DNA of 63,388 nucleotides, counting the filler, from Lenisia limosa (lineage: Eukaryota; Protista; Breviatea), in NCBI GenBank assembly GCA_001655205.1. It is 13 parts of 13 records of this genome, joined end to end, with 100 filler letters (N's around TTAATTAATTAA, not from the genome) between each part and the next. Parts side by side here need not be neighbours in the genome. Positions count along the whole stretch, not along the records: positions 49,223 to 54,870 come from LPNZ01009980.1; positions 54,971 to 61,261 come from LPNZ01006907.1; 11 more parts are not named here. One strand, 5' to 3'. Positions 49,322-60,975 of the stretch are shown piece by piece; the first letter of the stretch is position 1, and every line of letters begins with the position of its first letter. A program made the position numbers and the translations under genes. The notes beneath the pieces were generated by a model. That model ran no database searches. It saw only the letters and a program-made list of their open reading frames with translations, and had not been told where the DNA came from.

Positions 49322-50939
49322 GCCAAGCACGCCGACTTCATCACGCTGAACTCGCACAAGGTCCACGGCCCGACCGGAGTGGGTTCCCTCTTCGCCCGCG
49401 ACCACAAATCCTTTGTTCCGCTCATTGACGGCGGTGGTGAGTGGCTGTGGCTTTGAATTGTTGCTATTGTTGTGTTGAATTGCTTTGCCAGATATATTCT
49501 GTTGTTATTACCNNNNNNNNNNNNNNNNNNNNNNNNNNNNNNNNNNNNNNNNNNNNNNNNNNNNNNNNNNNNNNNNNNNNNNNNNNNNNNNNNNNNNNNN
49601 NNNNNNNNNNNNNNNNNNNNNNNNNNNNNNNNNNNNNNNNNNNNNNNNNNNNNNNNNNNNNNNNNNNNNNNNNNNNNNNNNNNNNNNNNNGGTTGGCTTT
49701 GCCAAGGCAGCGCAGATGTCATTTGACTCCCTCGAAGCCAATGGTGGGCATGGGTGGACCCTGGAATGGTGGGCATGGGTAGAGCCTGTGGTGGGCATGG
49801 GCAGAGCCTGGGATGGTGGCATGGGCAGATCCTGGAATGGTTTGGGCAGTATCGCGTGGAAGACAGTTTATTTTAAGAGTCCGAGATTGGTCCTTATCTA
49901 CTTCTGATAGAGGGGGATGGTAAATATATTTTAGTGAAGTTGTATGTTGTTATTTTACCCCCCCCCCCCAGCTGTGAAGATGAGCAACATGATTCAGCAG
50001 CTCTACACTGGTTTCACTGCGTCTTNNNNNNNNNNNNNNNNNNNNNNNNNNNNNNNNNNNNNNNNNNNNNNNNNNNNNNNNNNNNNNNNNNNNNNNNNNN
50101 NNNNNNNNNNNNNNNNNNNNNNNNNNGGATTCATCTTTAAGCTAATTTGCTTTTTTCTTGTTTTTTTTTTGTTATTTTTTTGTTATTTTTTTTTTGTTTT
50201 TTCTTGGTAAGTTGCTTTTTTTTATATCAACACACTTTTTTTAAGAGCAAGAAAATAATAGTCTTGGGAAATACAAGGAAAACACCAGGAATACAACCTG
50301 ACAGTTCAGTTTGGCAAGGAGCGGCTTCCTTTCGTTCTCTCCGTCCGGTTCCCGGGAATGTCCTCTGAAAAGGCCGTGCATTTCCTGTCATCAATGGGTG
50401 GGCTTTTGGTTCTGATTCAAGCCGCACTTTCTCAAAAGATTGTTCATCAACGAGCCTCCTGCCCCACGGATTGATTTTGGGTTTTTTGTTGTCGCATTAA
50501 TTTCGCATTCTCATTACATTCACGACAATATTCTTTATTGAAATTACCTCCCTTTTACCCCCCCCCCCCCNNNNNNNNNNNNNNNNNNNNNNNNNNNNNN
50601 NNNNNNNNNNNNNNNNNNNNNNNNNNNNNNNNNNNAACCCTCACATGTGCTCATGGCGCTTGGAATGTGGGAGAGGGGGGGATGATAAGACCTGAAATTG
50701 CATGAGGGTGTAAATCTACAGTGGGGCTTGAGTGATCCTTTAGGACGAAGGAAGAAGCGTTGGAGGGAGTGAGGTTTACTGTGTCATCTCTGACGACTGA
50801 ACAGGATATCCTCCAGGTGGGTGGATTCTGAGTTGGAAAACCGTTGTAGGGTTAATCAACTCGTCAAAATATCTGGGTCTTTTTTCAGACAGTGTGACTA
50901 CTTCGTTTATATGTAATCCAGGTTGAGAACAGTTTCTGA
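49322..50939 (+). CDS. nifS: Group I cysteine desulfurase (NifS/IscS-type), C-terminal half; 5' part lost at scaffold end
   Basis: Exons ADFITLNSHKVHGPTGVGSLF...VPLIDGG (PLP SHK motif), VGFAKAA, RLPFVLSVRFPG, PSHVLMALG and EGVRFTVSSLTTEQDI. The catalytic SxGSAC exon probably lies in an N gap. Confidence 0.8.
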
Positions 50940-51313
50940 CCTTTCAGGGTATTGACTGTGTGTCGCGTCTGATGAGGGATAGGAAGGCACCGAAGGAGCA
51001 GAAGGCGAACAAGTATTGGTAGACTGTTATTGTGTTGTATGGTATTTCTTGATGGATTTCGTTGATTCTGAGCGATTTGGAGAGACTGTTTTTATTCTGT
51101 ATTTCTTCAAGCCTTAATGAACAGGTGCGGAAATTCCTGAGGCGATACTGGTAAAATATCGATAATTTTCGAGGATTTATCGAAATATTCATCCTTTTTT
51201 TGAACCCAAGTGAACCCATAGTAGTATTAGAAGGAAGCACTGCGCCATTTGTAGAGTGCATGAGAATGTTATATTAAACGAGAGCAGCCAATGCCTTCGT
51301 TGACATGGGGGGC

Positions 51314-54300
51314 TTAGATGGACATGAAGTACTCAGGGTGGTGACGGGCGATGTGCCAGAGGAACTCGTCTGCCTGCTTCTCGTTGTTGGCGTAGGCCAC
51401 AACGGTGCTGTAGATGTTGTCTTGCTTGGTCTGGGGGGAGGGGGGTAAATGGGGAAATTTAAGAAAAAGCCCAAAATCTGGTGGAAGTGAGAGGAAACTA
51501 TGTTTCTATGAGGTCTTCTCGCATAATCGAGCACAAAGTCATTCATTAAAAACCAACCTGGTCCTCAACCAGCTCGACAATGGGGCGGAGAAGGGAGTTC
51601 TGCTTGATCATGCCAGGAACCTTCCACAGCGTCTTCTTCCACTCCTCGTAGCCCTGAGGATGTAATGTGTGCTATTTTGAACAACAATTTGCACCAGAAT
51701 TACAGTAAAATCTATTTCACGACAGAAATTACTCATGATAATGTTCTTCAAATCATGCAACACATTTTTCACCCACATTGGTGTTGAGGTTGTCGCCTCC
51801 GACACTCTGAGTGACGTTGAAGCTGTGAGCCTCGAAATCTCCGTCAACCTNNNNNNNNNNNNNNNNNNNNNNNNNNNNNNNNNNNNNNNNNNNNNNNNNN
51901 NNNNNNNNNNNNNNNNNNNNNNNNNNNNNNNNNNNNNNNNNNNNNNNNNNNNNNNNNNNNNNNNNNNNNNNNNNNNNNNNNNNNNNNNNNNNNNNNNNNN
52001 CAAGCACCTCTCTCTCGCACCTTCTCGGTGTGCTTCGAGCGGCCGACGTCGATGCCGATGCCGATCTCGCACCAGGTAACAGACAGACTGTACTGCTTGG
52101 AGACCCATTTCTGACGGGTCAATGGAAATGCAAATGAATTAAATCTTCGATTGCTTCTAATAACAACAATAACCAAACACTAACATTATCTCTCACATAG
52201 CATTACACTCATCCCCGCACCTCGTCATGGCGTGTCACAAGGTCCTGGTCGAAGACGGATGTGATGTTAAGGAAGCCGCCGAGACGGGTGGTGGCCCAGT
52301 AGTGAGTGCCGACCATCTGGACAAACTGACTGTGGGGGTGAGGGGTGTCAAAAAAGCGCTTATCACAAGCAAACACACAAACAACTCAATACCGACAAGT
52401 CCTAACACAGCACAACGCCAGAAGAGCCCCTCACAGGTATTGGGCACGGTCGCGGTCGGTGGCGATGGTGGCCGGAAGACGGTCAACGATGGCCTGGATG
52501 CGGCGGCCGAGGGGGTTGGCAGGGTACACGGAGAGCTCAATGAGGGGGAGGGAGCGCTTCTCAACGCTGAAGAAGTGTGTGTTGTTGTGGAGGTAGCCGT
52601 GAGTCTCGCCCTTGGTCTCCTTGAAGCCAACTCCAACCTATAGCGTCAACAGGGCATTAGATACGATATGCTAACACTTTCATGGATGCTAATTTGATCT
52701 CTCTTTCATTTAATATGGTCAACTCTGTAATTCACCCCCCCCCCACTCTGACGCCGTCGTACTCGACATGGGCGTTGATGCCGAAGCTCTTCTCCACGGT
52801 CTCGATGTAGGACTCCCACTTCTTGACAAGGGTCATTTCCTGGAGGGTGATGGACGGTCGCGGCACGGTGGCTCATAGCAGGCAAAATACAAAACAAAGG
52901 GAGATTCTCGACAAATACTGATAATTCACAAGTCTTTAGAGACGAAAGCGAAGCCGAACTCTCTATAATAAACCCGGGCTCACGGTTTCAATAGTGCCGT
53001 CGGGAGTTTCGTTGAGGAAGAGTTCGTCAGGAACCTGGGGTGGTGAGGGCTGTTTTGCGGGTCCGGAAGCTACTATTCAGTTTTATCTGAAAGGGAGTTT
53101 CACCGTAGCCTACCTTGTAAGTGACACCGTCGTAGGGGGAGGTGTAGGTTTGTTCGTAGTCGTAGTGCCAGTCGAAGAGGGGCATGGTCATGTGCTCCTG
53201 AGGGTGTGAAGTCACTACTCACGAGAGTACGAAGAAGATCAAGCAAAGGTGCGAAATATCATGGAATCTTGTCAAGATATTCAACGTTCACGACCAGGCC
53301 GCCTCAAACCTTCATGAAGTCGAAGCCACGGGCAATGCCGGTGTTAAGACCTGAACAGTTAAAACCATGTTGCAGCTTCAGCAATGGAACACAGCAAAAC
53401 CATGTTGCAGCTTCAGCAATGGAACACAGCAAAACCATGTTGCAGCTTCAGCAATGGAACACAGCAAAACCATGTGGACACAAGAACACCGCCCTACCCT
53501 TAACAGGGGGGTAATCCATGACCGTCTTGGCGGGAACATTGTTGGCGGCCTGGGTGTTGATGTACTGAACAACAGCCTTCTTGAAGCTGGCTGCCTTTTG
53601 CTGGAGAGGTCAGAGATGTCAGCCGATGAGAAAAAAAGAGTAAACACGTAAGAGTTATCGCTCGAACCTGATCGGTGATCATTTCGTAGAAGGGCACCAT
53701 GGTGGTCTTAGTGGGGATCATGCCGGGCTGCTTGGCAAGGCTAAGGGGTTAATGTAAGTATTTTGGCTGTTTTCATAAGTAAAAGCTAATATCAAGTAGA
53801 AAGCTAAGAAAGTAGAAGCTAAGTGTTACCCCTCACCTGCCGAGCCAGTGATTGTAAGTGCCGTTAACAAGGTTGTTGCCTCCAATGTACTCAGTGAGGG
53901 TGCGGGCATGCTCGGCAAAGTCCTTGTCAACCTTGTCGGTGTGCGACTGGTGTATCAGGGGGATTTTGGAAGTATGTTACATTCATAACGGTCACATTGA
54001 TGAAGGATATCTACCACACCGCCAATCATTACGTTGATGAACTAAATATCACATGAAGCCCCCCCCCCCACCTTGCGTCCGACGTCAATGCCAAGGTCAA
54101 TCTCCTTCCAGGTCAGGTCAAGGTTGATGTTGGTCTCAACCCAGTCCTCAGAGTGGCGCGAGGTCAGGTCTTGGTCAAAGGCGGTGCTGTGATGTGAGAG
54201 GGGTGAGAGCCTTTCATTATGATATCCAGTTCAACAACATTAAAAGCCCGGTCTTAGCGCACGTGATGTTGACGAAGCCTCCGAATTGGGCGGCAGAGAT

Positions 54301-54870
54301 GTAGTGCGTACCAATGCGCTGGATGAAGAGCCTGGGGGGGGGGGGAGNNNNNNNNNNNNNNNNNNNNNNNNNNNNNNNNNNNNNNNNNNNNNNNNNNNNN
54401 NNNNNNNNNNNNNNNNNNNNNNNNNNNNNNNNNNNNNNNNNNNNGGCGTAAAGGTAAAAATCACGAACCGAAAAATCTGAAACTCCAAACAAAAAACAAG
54501 CAGTTCTTTGAAATGACCGAAGAAACGTTCCCACATGATAAGCATGTTACCCTCCCTACTGGTATTGGTGCATGTCGGCGTCAGAGGCGATGGTTGCGGG
54601 TAGACGGTCAATGAGGCCCTTGAGCTGGGGGTTCATGTCGAAGGCAAAGACGTCAAGCTGCATACATGGTCAGATGAAAGTCCGATAGGGCCAAAAAGTG
54701 AATTTTGATGATGTACCGCCATAATACAACAGCGAGAATATCAACAAGGGAATGTAGAGCGGGTAGTTAGGCCCCCACCTGGAAGATGCTGATTGCTCTG
54801 GTCTCCATGGAGAGGAAGCGGGTGCTGTTGTGCATGAGCTCGTCGACATGCTTGTGAGTGCGCTTGAAGG
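51314..54870 (-). CDS. Protein with two tandem MACPF (perforin-like) domains, 5'-truncated
   Basis: Two signatures: LFIQRIGTHYISAAQFGGF (GTHY at 54301-54312) and FVQMVGTHYWATTRLGGF (52299-52310). Both have the G-(T/S)-H-(F/Y)-X6-G-G core, lacking the usual preceding Y/W. Flanking motifs are shared (DRLPATIA, NIT..FDQDL.TRH.E.WV, W.EI..GIDVGR, VD.DF..H, PGMI). Stop TAA at 51314-51316. Confidence 0.85.
53366..53475. repeat. 36-bp tandem repeat, 3 copies, in an intron of the MACPF gene
   Basis: Unit aaaaccatgttgcagcttcagcaatggaacacagca. Confidence 0.9.
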
Positions 54871-54994
54871 NNNNNNNNNNNNNNNNNNNNNNNNNNNNNN
54901 NNNNNNNNNNNNNNTTAATTAATTAANNNNNNNNNNNNNNNNNNNNNNNNNNNNNNNNNNNNNNNNNNNNTATCGCCCACTCTTAACCCCGCAG

Positions 54995-57900
54995 AAAAGA
55001 GCCAGCATGGTGTGTCGGCTGTTCCAATGTATCGCCTCTGCTGTCCCTCTCTTCGATCTAACCGACAACGAGGCCACTAAAAACCTACGACAAGAGGACC
55101 TCATTGAATCCGAGGACCCCTGGGGCTTAGTAGTCAGGCTCGGCGTGCCGCTTGAATGTGATATCTGTGATGGTTGGCTGGGCGTTTGAATGGCATTTCT
55201 GTCATATTCCCTCCACTATCCACTAAGGTACAAGAGAACCCTTCTCTTTTCCGCCTTTTCCCCTTTTAAAATGTTTATCTTATTGCCTTCTCTTTATACC
55301 TGAAGAGGAACAATCCAATGTCGTGCAAGCTGAAGTGCGGACCTGTGGAAACAAATCCCTCTCTGTGGGAAAGGAAAGGGGGATGTGTTTATAATGTTTT
55401 AAGGATCATTTTGAAAAGTTTGTGTTTTCAAAAGATCATGTTTTATATTAATCTCTCTCTCTAGGAAGAGGTCATTTTTGCTGTTTGTTTGTTTGCTCCC
55501 CCNNNNNNNNNNNNNNNNNNNNNNNNNNNNNNNNNNNNNNNNNNNNNNNNNNNNNNNNNNNNNNNNNNNNNNNNNNNNNNNNNNNNNNNNNNNNNNNNNN
55601 NNNNNNNNNNNNNNNNNNNATTCCGAGCAAAAGGTCTTAATGGAGAGACTGTCCCCTAAAGAGCCCTTGCCGATGCTCGATACCAATCTATTTGATGTGG
55701 GCCGGATTAATATTTTCCTCCAAACCTTTTTTTATTATTATTATTTTGTGGAATCAAAAGTACCATCTCTTGACCCTCCCCCCCTCCCCTCAGGAATCAA
55801 TCCAGGCAATTGTGTCCACAAGTGCGCAATTCGAGGACTGGGCGAAGAGACTGTACAAAAAGGTGGCTGGATGGGGTTATGTTTTGCTTTCGTTCAGATA
55901 AGGGGGTTGTTTTCTTTCTTTAGTTTTCATGTGACATGCTTGTCTGGGAATGGGAAAATATCAGCCATGTCTGTTTGCACCCATCAAATTGAATTGATGA
56001 GACTTTTACTCATCCATTTGTTCAGCTCAATGCCATTCATTCTTGTTGTTATGACCACCTAGTGTTGGGAGCTCATTATGGCTCAACCAGTCCCGAAGCA
56101 TGGTGAGGATAAGGCATCTGCAATGGTTGGGGGGGGGGGGNNNNNNNNNNNNNNNNNNNNNNNNNNNNNNNNNNNNNNNNNNNNNNNNNNNNNNNNNNNN
56201 NNNNNNNNNNNNNNNNNNNNNNNNNNNNNNNNNNNNNNNNNNNNNNNNNNNNNNNNNNNATATATTAGTCAACCGATTTGTTATGTGATTTCCAAAGGGA
56301 AATTGGACAAGACTTATCCTGGTCACTGTATATGATATCATATGTATATTCTTGGTTGAAGTTTCATCTCTTATCTCTGCTTCGGCTTCAGCCAGATGCT
56401 ACCTTGTTTTGTTTTATTCTTTTCTACATTTTACATGAGATGACATGTATTTTATTATATCCTCTTCTCAAAGCAACGTCCAATTTCTCCCTGACTAAAC
56501 AGGTGCGTTCGTGTCTCACCTCCGTCATCTCCTGCCTCTCATCCACTTCTGCTGCCAAAGNNNNNNNNNNNNNNNNNNNNNNNNNNNNNNNNNNNNNNNN
56601 NNNNNNNNNNNNNNNNNNNNNNNNNNNNNNNNNNNNNNNNNNACAAGCGTGGGTGCCTCTTTTTGAAAGAAGGGCTTTTATTGGCTTCTCTAAAAAATGT
56701 GGTAGCTCTTTAACACGTCTGTAGTTGCAAAAGTTAACCTTTTTTTAATGTTGTTAATAAAAATACCGCTTTTATCCCCTTTTATTTTTTTTACTACAGA
56801 CGCTGTCACCCCCTTTAGGTGAGTCCTTTTATCCTGCTAACGTTTTAGTACAAGTCTTTCAAGACAGTATCCATCTTTGCTGCCATTTTGAGTGCAGGAG
56901 TTGAAGGATTCGGAGTGAGAGCGGAGGTGTAGAATGGCACAGTTAGATTAAAGGGTACAGCTTAAATGCAGTATTCCATTGAATCTACCAATTTATCAAT
57001 ATTGTGCATTCCATTCCAAGATTATATCCCCCTCAAATAGGAGATAAACATCGACCTCTTCCGTATTCACATATTCTGTGTTGGCAAAAATGATGGAAAA
57101 AAGATTGGTAACGTTTTAGAGCCGCATTATCAAAGCGAGTCTGGAGAAAGTTGAAGCCCAACTGCCACGAGTGACCACAGACTCAAGTCAAGGCGTGGAT
57201 GAGGTCATGTTCTACCTCAGAGTCGCTGGAAGGGTGGGCTTGGGGTGTATCCATAGTATTTTATAATAAATCATATCGGATGTATTACTTGTAATAGCTG
57301 TAATACAATAGAGTTGGTGTCGTTTGTATGCATGTCATATGATTAAAATACTCTAATCATGGGGCCTCCCTTTGGTATTAATTCGAATTTTTATTTAGGG
57401 GCTCTCCCCAATCCGTGATTATGATTTACCCTTCTCGAGTATTCCTTAACATTTGACAGACTGCACACCTCAACCCCTCGGGTGTGGAGGACAACATCGA
57501 ACTCATTGAGAATGTCCTTCAAAACACCTTGTTCAACCAGCATAAGCTCATATACAAGGTCTGTGGAGGCTGTCCCTGAATAGATCTGTTTTTTATAACC
57601 ACCATAGCAAATAGGAACCTATGTGTACGATGAGGAATATCTAGATATACTAGTATTGTCGTATAAAGAACTACTGATGCAGTCCAATGTTTGTATTTTA
57701 TTTTTTATTTATGAAAACTGTTCTAGAAGATACTGCTTTACACGTTAGTGTTAAATACAATTCAATGCTTTCGACAAGATGGTGCTTGTTTAATGGCTTT
57801 AGACCGCGGGCAAACTCTTCCGGAGATGTTACTCCAGCCTGAGTAGCATTGTCCCCATTGCCAGGCTCAATAGCATGTCTGAAGTTGACCCTTCTCAGGT

Positions 57901-60360
57901 AACCGAATTGGGTTATAAACGTGATATACATCATCTCGATTTCAGCCAGCCCCCCCCCCCCNNNNNNNNNNNNNNNNNNNNNNNNNNNNNNNNNNNNNNN
58001 NNNNNNNNNNNNNNNNNNNNNNNNNNNNNNNNNNNNNNNNNNNNNNNNNNNNNNNNNNNNNNNNNNNNNNNNNNNNNNNNNNNNNNNNTTTGAAAGTCCT
58101 CAATCAATCTGGCTTAAGCTATCCCACTTAAACATATCATGTGTGTTGACTTTGTAGCATGGTGAACCTGATCCCCACCCCGAGCCAGATTGACCTGAGT
58201 TTCCGCCTTCTTCGCCGCTTCCTCTTCCCCGTCATCAAGGTGTGTTTCTTGGGCAATAAAGCTGGGCTGCCCCAAGAAATACTGAATTTTTCGAAACACC
58301 TTTGCAATTCGATATCTTTGTATTTCTATATGAATATTGTCGGACTTTTCCGAGCGAAGTGGCCTCCCTACAAATACTTGCGAACTGGGTCTATTAAATA
58401 ATTCGGAAGTAGCACGTTTTGTCGTGTTGTTGTGTATTCAAATAGTTTGTACATACGATATTGAGATTTTTCTTTGAAACTTATGCTCATTTGTTATTTC
58501 CCAGGTCTTGCACGTGTTTTCCGGTACTTCAGCCCCTGAAATGCCCTCACCTGTCGAGTCAGAGTGGGCAATTCTGCATATTAGTGTTATCACTCGTAAA
58601 CACAGCTTCGATTTGATCAAATTTTGTTTATTTCTGCATACATTGTACAATAATTACTATCTCACAACCGTCGGCTGGATACCCTTGTTTTCTCCTTTCT
58701 CATCATGCACCCCCCCCCCCNNNNNNNNNNNNNNNNNNNNNNNNNNNNNNNNNNNNNNNNNNNNNNNNNNNNNNNNNNNNNNNNNNNNNNNNNNNNNNNN
58801 NNNNNNNNNNNNNNNNNNNNNNNNNNNNNNNNNNNNNNNNNNNNNNNNNNNNNNNNNNNNNNNNNNNNNNNNNNNNNNNNNNNNNNNNNNNNNNNNNNNN
58901 NNNNNAGCTGGTCCGGGCTCTGTACCTCCTGAGAAACACCGTCCGCGTCCGAAGTGGCTTTCAGTCCGCTGTTGTCCCAGATTGGGCTGACCCAAGTAAG
59001 CTAGTCGTCTCTATTGGAAGTGGGTCATAAAGATCTGCTGATAATGACTGAGGGGGGTAATGTTCCAGGCCTGACCATATTCCCTGACAATTTAGGAGTT
59101 GGCCGGCCCGGGCCTAGAGCAGACTTTGCCGTCTTCCAAGAGAGCGCCACCGCCACCGCCAGCGCCAATTCCGCTCTATCCACACGTCCAGTGCACCGAA
59201 TCTTGTCGCAGTTTGACCTGGATGACCAAGGACTGGACAAGCTCTATGCCACGGCACGGGAGCAAGGTTGGATGTCGGCAGATCCCGCAACCATCCCCGG
59301 CACTCTGTTTTACTCTGGTCCACGTGATCAACCTGATACGCCGGCGTACCCCATTCTCAGTGGTACACCGTTGACCAGAGCCGATCTTAAGATCGCGCGC
59401 GAGTGGCGCTGTGTTGTGGAGCAGTGTCTTGAAGTGGCTGGAGTTGCCTTATTAGGAAACGTAGGAGGGCGTTTGGCTCGTGAACCGTGCAGTATCCTTT
59501 GGTGAATCATGTGATTAGAAGCATTGGCACTATTTATTGAAGGATTCTTGACGGGGTATCATTTTTCTCTTTTTTTGTTGCAGGAAAGCTGGTGTATTTG
59601 AAGTTGCTACATATTCACTGGTCGTGGTAATGACCAGTAGTTCTAAGGGAAATCCGGGACTTTCGGTCAGGTCTTTCCATTATCACTGTACTAGGGCTTC
59701 ACTTCGGTTCGAAAAAAGACTGAATTTCTCGATAAATTTTCGAAAAACATCGATATTTCACCGGTCTTTTTCGAACGAAGTGAAGCCCTACACTATACAT
59801 TATAAACACTTTTGAGGACGGGATATGGTTTGACCGCTCCAGCTGTCGCTAGAGGGAATGCCCAATGCTTGTCGTCTGTTCTGCAAAGCTGCTGGCAGGT
59901 ACGGGTCAGGTTTATGATACTGAAATGTCGTGATTTTTTCTGCGGTGCTGCTTTCTGTGTTTCTCAATTATTGAGATCAACAGAATTGACGTTTAGAATT
60001 TTTGTATTTTGTTCAATATGCCTTATTCTTCTCGATTCATCTCACCTCCCNNNNNNNNNNNNNNNNNNNNNNNNNNNNNNNNNNNNNNNNNNNNNNNNNN
60101 NNNNNNNNNNNNNNNNNNNNNNNNNNNNNNNNNNNNNNNNNNNNNNNNNNNNNNNNNNNNNNNNNNNNNNNNNNNNNNNNNNNNNNNNNNNNNNNNTTTT
60201 TCATAAATTTTCCTTCTCACCCCCCACCCACCAGCCACCTCTCCTTTGCTCATTGGCAGCTTCGCCGAATCAATGCGGTCCGCAGCTGCATGTCCGGCAC
60301 TCCGCACACCGTCAACGTCTGTGGCGACCGCAGGAAGAGGGCCCTTTCCGAGATTAGTGG
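54995..60360 (+). CDS. PSME4: Proteasome activator PA200/Blm10 (PSME4), N-terminal/middle fragment
   Basis: Exons CRLFQCIASAVPLFDLT, VSTSAQFEDWAKRL, GVDEVMFYLRVAG and LIPTPSQIDLSFRLLRRFLFPVIK follow the recalled order of PSME4 motifs ([57 protein letters not shown]). Confidence 0.6.
59692..59790. mobile_element. MITE family A inserted at the end of a family C remnant
   Basis: TSD cactgtac / cactatac matches 7/8. The left flank is the family C terminus cactg-ta. Confidence 0.9.
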
Positions 60361-60864
60361 GAGAGGGGGGGCTTATCTCTCATCCTGGGTAATTGGATGG
60401 CAACCTTCGTAATGCCTTAAACTATGTTTAATGTGAACTGAAACATTAGTTATAATGCAATTAATGAGAGATACCAACTAAGTGTTTGTATGGAGTTGAA
60501 TATTATAATCTATCTGGCTAAAACGAAGTTTCCCTAATTAGCACTTATACTTTCTTTAACAAGCACTTAATCCCCCCCGAATCCTTCATGAAACACTTTC
60601 ATTTGACGACGCTGGAGTGATGGGATGTGGTGCCGGGCTTTGTTGTTTTGTTGTTACAATCTTCGTGTGTCGTCAGCCANNNNNNNNNNNNNNNNNNNNN
60701 NNNNNNNNNNNNNNNNNNNNNNNNNNNNNNNNNNNNNNNNNNNNNNNNNNNNNNNNNNNNNNNNNNNNNNNGAGGGAAAGTTTGAACCACGAGGCGTCGC
60801 TATCGTCCCCCTCATTGACCACTAAGTAAGCTGCGCCTGCCTGGTACGGGTCTAATGTCCACTT

Positions 60865-60975
60865 GGCACAGAGTTTTGAGGCAAATGATTGGGTGAATTT
60901 TCCAATATCTCTTATGAGCGTGATGATGTGAACGGCTTCGGCCAGATACAACCTTGTTTTTTTTTCTCATCTCAT
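60865..60975 (+). repeat. Family B copy
   Basis: gaggcaaatgattgggtgaatt...tcttatgagcgtgatgatgtgaacggcttcggccagatacaaccttgtttttt. Confidence 0.8.
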
